NCBI GenBank assembly: GCA_905178155.1 | Contig: CAJINV010000016.1 | Location: 372,001-436,000 of the forward strand | Length of the DNA stretch: 64,000 nt | Source: Amoebophrya sp. A120 | Lineage: Eukaryota; Protista; Dinoflagellata | Reading direction: 5' to 3' | In this document: positions 49,501-58,684 of the stretch, piece by piece | Position numbering within the stretch: position 1 is the stretch's first letter | Layout of the letters: the number at the start of each line of letters is the position of its first letter | The notes under the pieces: model-generated | The model's input: only the letters and a program-made list of their open reading frames with translations | Told to the model about the DNA's origin: nothing | Database searches by the model: none | Position numbers and translations under genes: made by a program

Positions 49501-52301
49501 ACTCGAGTGCAGGGCATCGCGGCAAACCGGCGCGCATTCTCTCGATTCTCAAGGCCTCGGGTGGTTGTGCGGACGCCTCCTGTTTCTGTGTGGTTGTCGC
49601 ATCTCGATCCTGCTGCTGGTTGTCAACGCGCCGCTTTGACAACCAGCAACACGCTGACAACTTGGAAGAACCAAGCCGAAACAAGAAATGTGCGCCGGTT
49701 TGCCGGTGCCGGTGCCCGTGCCCACCGCCAACGCGGCAAGGGCAAGGACCCCTAAGGCGGGAGCCTCTGGCGCAAGGGCGCACCCGCCCCGGGCTGGCCG
49801 GGTGTCCGTCGGGGAGGGAGTGAAACCCCGCGACGCCGGCGCAGTCCGAGGGGCAAGCACGAATATCGGATCCCTCCTGGCAAGGGGAGATCCCCGGAGG
49901 CTGGGGCGAACGCACCGGGGCGAGGGCGGATCCCCCGAGCTGAGGAGGATCCCCCCAAAGAAAGTTCGTAGGCTGGACCCCCCGAGGGCGCGCGGATCCG
50001 CGGGAGGCGGGCCGGCCCTCCGGGGCGAGGGCGGATCCCCCGAAGAACCGGCGGACCCCCCGGGGCGCGGGCGGATCCCCCGCAGAACAGGCGGATCCCC
50101 GGGGAGCGGGCGGATCCCCCGGAGAACCGGTGGGCCCCCCGGGCGAAGGCGGATCCCCCGGGGTGCGGGCGGAGCCCCCGGGGAACGGGCGCATCCCCCG
50201 GGAACGGGCGGATGCCCGAGGAACAAGCGGATCCCCTGGGCGAAGGCGGATCCCCGGTGAGCGGGCGGATCCCCGGGGAGCGGGCGGATCCCCGAGTAGC
50301 AGGCGGATCCCCTGGGCGAAGGCGGATCCCCGGGGAACGGGCGGACGGGACCCCCTGGGCGAAGGCGGATCCCCGGGGTGCGGGCGGACCCCCGGGAGCG
50401 GGCGGATCCCCTGAGCGAAGGCGGATCCCCGGGAGCGGGCGGATCCCCTGCGCGAAGGCGGATCCCCGGCGGGCGGATCCCCTGAGCGAAGGCGGTTCCC
50501 CGGGGAAGGGGCGGATCCCCTGGGCGAACGAAGGCGGATCCCCGGGGAACGGGCGGATCCCCTGGGCGAAGGCGGATCCCCGGGGAGCGGGCGGATCCCC
50601 GAGTAACAGGCGGATCCCCGGGGAGCGGGCGGATCCCCGTGGAGAGGCGGATCCCCCAAAAAACAAGAGAAATCGAAATCACGATGCTATGAGTATTTAT
50701 TTTTCGTCATTCTAAACACAAGAAAACCACGCTGCCGTCGTGTTTCGCTGGTTTGGGTCTCAGAGCGTCAGGGTCTCAAATACAAACGGGTGCCGGTGGC
50801 ACAAGACGGCGCAACAAACACGGCGAGATTCCAGAAAATCTCAAAACATTCGCAGTCTAGGCGAAAAATTGCCCAGATCACAATAAAAACACAATCCCGA
50901 TGGCAGAGCGCGTTTTTCCTCGTTTACAAACGGCCGTTTGTAAAATACGAACGGCCATCCTGTACGACGTAGCCCCGACGGGACTCTGCAAATCGAGAAA
51001 AGTGCAAGAGTAAAGCTTCAAGCGATGATCATTCTTCCGCAGAAAGCTATTCTGTATGCTGCTGCGCACTTTGGAATTACAAACGGGCACCGGTGGCACA
51101 AGCAGGCGCAACAAACACGGCGGGATTCCACGAAATCTTCAAAAATTCGATGTCTACGCGAAAAATTGCCCAAATCGCAATAAAAACACAATCCCGATGG
51201 CAGAGCGCGTTTTTCCTCGTTTACAAACGGCCGTTTGTAAAATACAAACGGCCATCCTGTACGACGTAGCCCCGACGGGACTCTGCAAATCGAGAAAAAT
51301 GAAAGCGTAAAGCTTCCAGCGATGATCATTCTTCCAAAGAAAGCTATCCTGCATGCTGCTGCGCACTTTGGGGGGGCGTTTGTAAAAATACAAACGGATG
51401 CCGGTGGCACAAGAAGGCGCAACAAACACGGCGAGATTCCAGAAAATCTCAAAACATTCGCAGTCTAGGCGAAAAATTGCCCAAATCGCGCTAAAAACAC
51501 AATCCCGATGGCAGCGCGCGTTTTTTCTCGTTTACAAACGGCCGTTTGTAAAAAATTGCAACAACAAAACCGTAGTTTCATATATTTACCTCCGATATCT
51601 TCTTCCGGATCCTCGGAAAACAGCGAGAGTCGCACGTTTTTCAAACACACCTCCATATTCCCCAAAACGTGCTGCACGAGCCTTGACAACGTTTCCACTC
51701 CCTCGTCCCCGTAGCCCGAGGATTGCGGTTCCTGCTTTTTCTTATCGGCAGTGCTACGATTTTTGCCTTTGGACGAAGATCCTCTTGACGAGTCGTAATC
51801 ACTGCTCGCCATTTGAAACTGCTGTTTTTTCTTCGTCTGGTTTGTCATTTTCGAGGTTGCTGAGGAAAACAGGTTAGAAGTACTCGATGACGAATGCTGA
51901 TGATCTGGGGAGTCTGGCCTGCTGGAATTGATCCCGTCAACATCCTGATCATCACCTGCAGATCCGTTCTTCCCGCTACTCAAAATACTCCCGGACACGT
52001 GCAAGTCCGCTATGTAAATTTTGCAGGATTTCTCCAACAAGCGGCTCCAGGGGATTTCCATGCGCAAATACCCCACCGCACCGTCGAGGAGCTTGAAGGG
52101 CGAGTCCTGCAGGTGTTCGTTCAGGAGGTCCGTTTCTAACTCCAAATTGCGCAACTCCAGCACTCCGTGCGACATTTGCAGGGAGACTTCCAGGTTGTCG
52201 AGGTCCAAATCTTTCCGCAGGAAGCCCCCGAGGAAACGGCGCAGCACATACTTGTAGAACCGCTTAAGCGGCACCTGCGTCAGACGGGCGGCGAACTCCA
52301 T
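31575..52301 (-). CDS. ATG2: autophagy-related protein 2 (chorein-N lipid transfer protein), ~3947 aa
   Basis: N-terminal LKRFYKYVLRRFLGGFL..LDLDNLEVSL..IPWSRLL; C-terminal LLPIRLTLDQD, DYRAKRLDMQALQRGDLTELINL, PIRSFANIG, RGTTAFLKNLTIE, QPADGLEG, LRGVRNSMDGERKEELERKYK. 14 introners plus GT-AG introns 31710-31839, 32287-32420, 43475-44204, 46127-46259, 47182-51589 give 11844 nt. Confidence 0.9.
32007..32227. mobile_element. introner family E
   Basis: Family E TIRs (left end CATC); direct repeat tttat/tttat. Confidence 0.85.
32635..32849. mobile_element. introner family E
   Basis: TIR TATCGTGAGAAAAAA; direct repeat aattc/aattc. Confidence 0.9.
33177..33388. mobile_element. introner family L
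   Basis: TIR TATCCAAGAAAAAAA; direct repeat gttgt/gttgc. Confidence 0.85.
33954..34109. mobile_element. introner family B
   Basis: Family B TIRs; direct repeat gactg/gactg. Confidence 0.85.
35822..36084. mobile_element. introner family G (long copy)
   Basis: TIR .ATGACAGTGCACAACTCCCCC; direct repeat tctgt/tctgt. Confidence 0.85.
36229..36492. mobile_element. introner family A
   Basis: Family A TIRs; direct repeat tgtcc/tgtcc. Confidence 0.9.
37885..38195. mobile_element. introner family D
   Basis: Family D TIRs; direct repeat caagt/caagt. Confidence 0.9.
40630..40779. mobile_element. introner family B
   Basis: Family B TIRs; direct repeat ccctt/cccct. Confidence 0.85.
41507..41715. mobile_element. 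introner family E
   Basis: Family E TIRs; direct repeat tgatt/tgatt. Confidence 0.9.
41780..42041. mobile_element. introner family A
   Basis: Family A TIRs; direct repeat cgaac/agaac. Confidence 0.9.
43504..44100. repeat. 132-bp tandem repeat, ~4.5 copies, in an ATG2 GT-AG intron
   Basis: Units starting tggagaatttctggagctca at about 43504, 43636, 43769, 43901, 44033. Confidence 0.95.
44289..44437. mobile_element. introner family B
   Basis: Family B TIRs; direct repeat ctcgt/ctcgt. Confidence 0.9.
45406..45730. mobile_element. introner family D
   Basis: Family D TIRs; direct repeat accgg/accgg. Confidence 0.9.
46540..46818. mobile_element. introner family C
   Basis: Family C TIRs; direct repeat tgttt/tgttt. 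Confidence 0.9.
46866..47127. mobile_element. introner family A
   Basis: Family A TIRs; direct repeat ccaaa/ccaaa. Confidence 0.9.
47305..48392. repeat. ~311-bp tandem repeat, left block (~3.5 copies)
   Basis: acggccatcctgtacgacgtagccccga recurs near 47310, 47620, 47930, 48245. Confidence 0.95.
48652..49460. repeat. ~115-125-bp GC-rich tandem repeat built from gaggattcc subunits
   Basis: Repeated gaggattccaaaatcctctcaggaatcctctggcccaagttg blocks. Confidence 0.9.
49880..50657. repeat. GC-rich minisatellite, ~19-20-bp unit with core ggcggatcccc
   Basis: Dozens of ggcggatcccc cores in tandem. Confidence 0.95.
50778..51555. repeat. ~311-bp tandem repeat, right block (~2.5 copies)
   Basis: Same unit as 47305-48392. 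Confidence 0.95.
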
Positions 52302-55300
52302 CTTGTCTTAGTGTGGGTTTCTGTGCTGGAAGATGGGGCGGTTGAAGCTGTTCTTTTCTGTACTACCGGAAGGAGATGCCGTGTGTCGGTGCTCTTTCAG
52401 TGTCGTGTGTGTTGCGCGAACGCGAAGGCGAAATCAAGTCGGCTTCTACTGCAAGTCATGCTCTTGCACTGGCGTACTTTTGCAGTGGACCTCCGTTCTC
52501 CTTCTCTCCGCCCACGGTGGTGCGTTCGCGCGGTCGCACATTAATCGTGGAGCCAAACTGGTGGTGCGCACCACGGGAAAATCGGTGAATCTGCCCCGCC
52601 GATCCTCGGTATGGTAGATGCATCGCAGGGGCGTGTCTCCTGTGTAGCTTATCACAATCAAGCTGATCTGAAGAAAGCAAGCTAGACAAAAAAAACGGTG
52701 AAACGCAATTGATAAGATAGGTAAAAGCCAAGAACAAAAAAAAAGATTAAAGAGATTGTCTACAATACACTAGGACATCATCTCTTTGGTGGAAATACTT
52801 TCGTTCCAAAAATACAGGGCGTTTGATGACAGGGCATGACACGGAAAATGCGAATGGAAATGACCGTGGGCTTTAGAGAAAACAACAAGTTATCAAAAAC
52901 TATAGTTAGACATGGGGTAAAAAAAGCGCTTGAAAAATTCCTCTATGTATAGTCAAAAAACGGACAAGCCCACGCACAGGGAGAAATGTGCGCCGTCACG
53001 TCGTGCACCGGAGTTGCAGAGACGACGGTTGCTGTGGTCATTTTTAGTTTCGGGGCAGGCAGGTACTCCTCCGTGGGTTGCCTCGTCGAAAATGGTGTGT
53101 AGTATTCAAAAAGACAAAACTCTTTACTCGTATCCCGTAGCGGCTCTAGCTCTGGAAGAATTGAACAAAATAATATTGACCACATCTGGATCGAGTTGAA
53201 AATACAGAAAAGAAACATCAAGCGAGAGGCAATTTCCCACTCATCTGTTGTAGGCCACGAAACAGAAATAAATAGCTGAGGACTACATCATCCAGCACTC
53301 GACCTCGGTTGGGTTGCGGACGTCACATTTTCAGCATTAGCCTTCCCTGACATCTCTCGCCGAATTCTCCGAACGCCAATCACCAGAAACAAGCAACACC
53401 CGTCTGCGCAACGCCTCGCACACGCTTTTTGTTTTTCTTTGTTGTCTGTTAAGAAATAAAACACACTGCAACACATACAAAAACACATCCCTTCGGGCGC
53501 CCCCGAACGACGGCCGCTTCTACACACAAGCGCACTCACGCCGGCCGCCGCGAGGTCAGTACGGGCCCCGCGCGGCGCAGTGAATGGCGTGGCATCACTG
53601 CCACCGGCAAAATTAATGGCATCGGGCACACGCTACGACCATCTCCATCACTCAGGTGGCGACGCGGGCCGGCCTTTGTATCCAGACCACGCGCAATCAC
53701 GACGGCCCAAGGCCCACCGCGCCAACAGGTAGCAAGCGCGCCCGCGCACTGGCTGGGCGCGCGGCTGGGCGCAGACGAATAAAACAGGGCTGCCACGCTA
53801 ACGAGCACGGGGCGGGGGCCCGCGCCCGCATGCGCGCGGCGACTACTTAGGCCCGCGCGCCTGCGGCCGGCGCAGTTCGCTGGCCCCGGCGGCGCACCAG
53901 CGCCAGGCCCCCCGCACCTACCTGGCGCGGGGCAACCCCGCGCGGGCGCGCGGGCTACATATATTTATAAAGAACACGGGCGGCGCCGGCCTCCGCTTCT
54001 CAGCGAGCAAGTCCAGCGGCGTTGCAGGGCTACCCTTCTGGCGTGGCCGGTTTCCCAGTCGGCCCTCCAGTCGCGTCCAGGCTTCCTCCACTACCCCGCC
54101 GCCCCTGTCCCGCCTCTGGCAGATGCCACAGAACCGCTGCTGTACGACGACGAGAGCAAGCCTCCCAATGCGGTCGCGGAGGTGATAAGAAACGCGAAGG
54201 CCATCATCGTCTCGGAAATTACAAAACAGCCAGCGGCCAGCAGCGCCGGCACCAGGGTCAACCACGCATAGCAGCGCGGAGGCACGCCAGCGCGCGCGAG
54301 GCCGACCCGCGGCTGCTAACTTCTACGAACCAGGTCGCCCCCTCTGTCCCACCACCCGCTGGGCCGACATGGGGCCCAGCCCGCGGCATGGGCAGGGGCG
54401 AGCCCGAGGCGCTCGCATTCTCACTGCTACACGAAGATGGGAGCCATTCACCAATTTGCTTGCGAAATGCAGCAGAAGCGTCTCCATAACGCTTGCAGAC
54501 ACGCACGCGCCGGCACAACTCTCTTCCACCTAGTAATCATCTCAATTTCCCAGTCAGACTCGCTAATTCAAAAACCGTCTTCCTCCAGCTTCAACACAGC
54601 AAAGCGTCAACGCAGCAAACTGCCTCCTGTGCTGTTGGAGCTCTTCTTCCTCCGCGTTTGTCACATCTCTCAATCGCAGCACAAAAACAACTCCGTTTAT
54701 CTTCTCCACGAAACTACTAAACGGGACCCCGGTGTAAAAACAATAAAGTTCCCGCGCAGCAGGCATGCAGAGTTTTAGGCCCCGCTCACTTTTGCTGACA
54801 AGTAAGAGAGCGGAGCAAAGAATTTGCAACGCAAATAATTCTCGCGATCACGGCACAGACAGAAACTCACAGCCGGCCAACACCAGCGCCTTTGTGCGGG
54901 CCAAGTGAGTCCTGCGACCGGCAAGCAACGGGGACGACACTGGCTCCCGCGCGACGGATCATGCTAGTGATTCGTAACAGGCGGCCGCAAAGGAAGCATC
55001 GCATCACCGAGAACAGCTGCGCCTGCGTACAGGGCGGGGCGACGTCCGCTCCGGCGGGCGAGGCAACTTAAGAACATTGCACGGGCGGGTGCCCACAAAA
55101 AAAATGCGCCGGGGTAAAATGCGCCTTGGTCCCCCGCCGGGGGGCGCGGTAGCGGGCCAAACGGCCGCGGGGCTGGCCAACACAGGCCCGGCGGCCGCCA
55201 CGACGCAAGAAGCGCCGCCGTTTTGCTCCCCGAGTCGAAAGGCAGAGGCAAAGAAGGGAGCAACCAGCGCCGCCGGCGCATGGCGCAGGGCTGAGGCGAC

Positions 55301-56040
55301 GCGCCGGGGCGATTCGCGCCGACCTTCATCTTTACTCCGTGCTTTGCGGACAGGTCGCCGGCGGCAGCTTCTTCGATGGTCGGCGCTATCTCACGCCCCG
55401 GGCGCCGCCTTCGACTCCCGCTAAGCCGCTCCGCGCGCCCCGCTTCTGCGGCAGTTCCCCGTGGTAAGAACCAGGGCAAACAAGACGGCCCCCGAGCCGC
55501 ACGGGCCGCGTCCTTCGGACAGAAGGGTCGATCGTTTGATAAGGAATGGCCGGCCGGAGCCCGGCACTCTTCGGGCCGCAACAGTTTCAGTCGCCGGCCT
55601 TCGATATGTAGTTTTCGAGGCCGAGCGATCCCAATGAGTGAGACTTACACCCATGGTGTCTTGTTTGAGGAATAAGGTGTAATATTCCCGATGGTCCCGC
55701 TGTTTCACTCACACTCGTCGTGGTCAGCTAAGTACAGCTAAAAGCTGCAACCTCTTCTCCACTACCACTACAGACAAATCCCTCTTCCTCCCCTTCTGCC
55801 ACGCCGCTCAGATGCTTTAGGATTGGTGTCCTGGTGCCTCTCAGACCTCCGTGCAACTCTTTACGTTTCACCCTCTTATTTTTTGCAGTTCCCGTCGTGC
55901 ACGTTGGAAACACAATGGCTCGTTTGTGAACTCCTGTGCTGCAAGCCACGCTATCGCGGGCCCATCTTCGTCATCTGAACTCTCCCTGATGTATCTTCGC
56001 TATCAGCCTAATGGCAATGCTGATGTGGATTCGATTTTGA

Positions 56041-58159
56041 TCAATCCAAATCGTCGAGTTCGTCCTTCGATTCTACTGGTTTTTCAACTACTTCGACTTC
56101 CTTTTCCACAGATTTTTCTGCACTTGCTTTCCTACCCTGCTCCTCATCCACACCACTCCTGTCTTCACTGTGATCAGACGCCGACTTATTTTCAACGCCC
56201 GCGCCAGCAGAATTCGCAGTTGATTTCCCTTCCCCCGGTTCCTCTACCGCACAAGCCACCGCAGCACAAAACTTCGCTGCCTCCTCCTCGGTCGCGACAA
56301 ATTCGACCTTCTTCCGTAGCATCCGTAACCCGGTCACCATGCACCTCCCCAATTCCGTCATCTCCGCATTGCCGTCAATCCGCACGGTCTTTAAAGAGGG
56401 TAAATTATCCGGACTCGCGAGGAAGGCCACCAACTGCTGCATCCCCGCGTCCGCGATTTCGTTGTGGGAAAGGTCCAGGGTCTGGATGTAAGACGAGTCT
56501 GTGATTTTTTTATTTTCGTTTTCGATTTTCAAAGACAGGTGGATGTTCGATAAAAGTAGGCATGGAAAAGAGTATGTTATGCGTCTTGTTCTTTCTTGCA
56601 AACAATTACATTCCCCTCGAACATCGTTTTGCAACTCTACTGTCCTCTCACCTTTGCAAACCTCCAGCACACTCCCCATGTCCGTGTCCCCGAGGCCGAG
56701 TTTTGGGAGTTTGAGCACATTCCCCTTCAAGTACTGTTTCACTCCGGTCGCGGTGATGCCGTTGCATTTCTTGGATTCCGCAAGTTCTGCCGGCATTTTT
56801 GTCGACGGTCCGGTGGAAGAGGAGGATGAAGTGGATGCTCCTGCTGCAGTTTCTGTGGTGGGAAATTCCAATACAGTTCATTCCTGAGACGAAATCATGA
56901 CACCATAATCACGTAGTATAATTCATCGTGAATAACAATAACACCTACACCTAGACGCGTCCTCGAATATAATGGCGCATCCGAGCAAGAAAAGCAAAAG
57001 TGACAGCTTGTGCGCGTGACATTATACCATCATCCCCCAAAAGTTTCTCGTCTTTTCCCCCAGGAGCCCGACCATCCCCCTTGTTCCCGCTGCAACTCGC
57101 TTTCGACTGAATGCTGTAACTCCCACTTTCCGCGTCCGGCTTGAACGCCAACGTCGCCCGGTGGTCCTTCGATTCCTGTTCCAACCGTTCGATTTCCGTC
57201 AAAATCTCCTGCATCCGCTTCCGCATGCCCGGGGCTCGCTCTTTAAAATCGGCTTCCCCGACGTACTATCAACTGCAAAGGTGTCTGGGTCTGGAAGATT
57301 TCTAGATTTGTCACGCATATCTTGCATGAGCCATGATGTCTGTGATGCATGCCGTAGCATCACAGACTTTTAGAGGGCTTTGTGATACCTCTACCGCATG
57401 AGAAATGCCCTCTCCACGTAGGACAAACCCGACCCCTCTTGCTGGTCATGCAATACAAATCTTTTTAGAATCCACAGACAGCATCACAAGTTGTGACCTT
57501 CCAGACCCAAACATATTTGCATTTGATACGTACTTCAGACAGTCCAAGCAGTAACTCACCACCTTTCCCGTTTCCCGAAACGCCTGCTTCTTGAAATCTT
57601 CCGGTAGAACACACCCGGCTATCGTGAGGAAAAATCCCCCCTCCCCATATTGACGAGGTGCGTTTTCGAAATTTGTGTTGCTGATTTGTGGCCACAATTA
57701 GCGTCTGTCTTGCAAGAAGGCAACTCCGCAGGCTCCGCCGCATTATGCAGGCGGTTTGTCATGCTGTTGGGCCTACAGTGCGGAAGTTTTTCATGCTAAG
57801 CGCCTAGGCAAAACCTCTCTCCTCAGACTCGATAGGGGCCTGCAGCCCTCTCCAGCAACACAAACCTGATTTGCGTACGCAAATCCAGCATCAGAAACTT
57901 CATTTTGATATGGGGAGAGGGGATTTCTCATTTTGATACCGGGCTTGTGGTGGCGGGACTGGACCTTCCAGGCGAATTCTCGGAGCTTTTCGACCTGTTC
58001 CGTGAAGGGTAATTCCTCCCAAGGTCTAGTGTCCGTCTCCTTCGCCGGAAGATCGTTGGCTTTCTGATAGCTATTGCGGGTATCCAGCTGCTTTGCGTCG
58101 TGTTCCTCATCGCTGTCGATCTCCTCGATACGAGGGCCGTCGGAATAGGAAGGAGCCAT
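56041..58159 (-). CDS. leucine-rich repeat (RI-like) protein
   Basis: LRR motifs LKLPKLGLGDTDM, IQTLDLSHNEIADAGMQQL, LKTVRIDGNAEMTELG; acidic ends RIEEIDSD and ELDDLD; two introners plus probable GT-AG introns near 56500-56650 and 56850-57027 (boundaries uncertain). Confidence 0.7.
57267..57528. mobile_element. introner family A
   Basis: Family A TIRs; direct repeat cgtac/cgtac. Confidence 0.9.
57620..57938. mobile_element. introner family D
   Basis: Family D TIRs; direct repeat ccggc/ccggg. Confidence 0.9.
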
Positions 58160-58684
58160 TTTTGTGGTGTACGTCTCGAATGACAAATAAGCTCTACTTT
58201 CTAATTTTATTTAAGCGCTCAGCGACTAGTCTTGTTTAGTACGCAAAGACAAGAAGGTGCTTTGCGCAAATAAGCATGTTGTTCTTGTTGTTTTTTATTT
58301 CACACGCTCGTAATTAAGTAATTCGCACTCACATGTCCAACATGGTGCACCAGAACTCTGAGCAGTTCGTTGTACTTGTTGTACTCACTCGTTCATCATC
58401 TTCTACACTTTCACATCAGAGCTCACTCCAAGTCTGTAAAGCAGAAGCGAAACCCTTCTTCTTGCGCTTGAAAGTTACAAGAAGAACAAGGACATCGTCA
58501 CTGTGGCTCGTGCTCGTCTTCCTATTTCTCTTCATAAATCAGAGACAAAGTGGTGCCAGAAAAAAACAAGCATAAGAACTGGTAGTGGTCGCGCAAATTA
58601 TGCCTGATACACTGTGAGCAATGAGGAAACATCAAGGCATGCAGATCATCTTCATCTCGAAGTTCATCTACTATTAATTTCGAC

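Larger units (their letters stand above)
48393..50777. mobile_element. non-autonomous TIR DNA transposon, 2385 bp, 8-bp TSD
   Basis: Imperfect 23-bp TIR gagaaagtgacgctgtgagaccc / gggtctcagagcgtcagggtctc; TSD aaatacaa on both sides; satellite resumes in register after it. Confidence 0.8.

Noticed and set aside
48482-50715. Long Pro/Gly/Arg-rich ORFs (up to 521 aa) on both strands
   Set aside because: Open in several frames only because the GC-rich minisatellites lack stop codons; no transposase motifs
47305-51555. 5S rRNA or spliced-leader RNA gene array
   Set aside because: No match seen to the dinoflagellate leader CCGTAGCCATTTTGGCTCAAG or to 5S/tRNA internal promoter boxes
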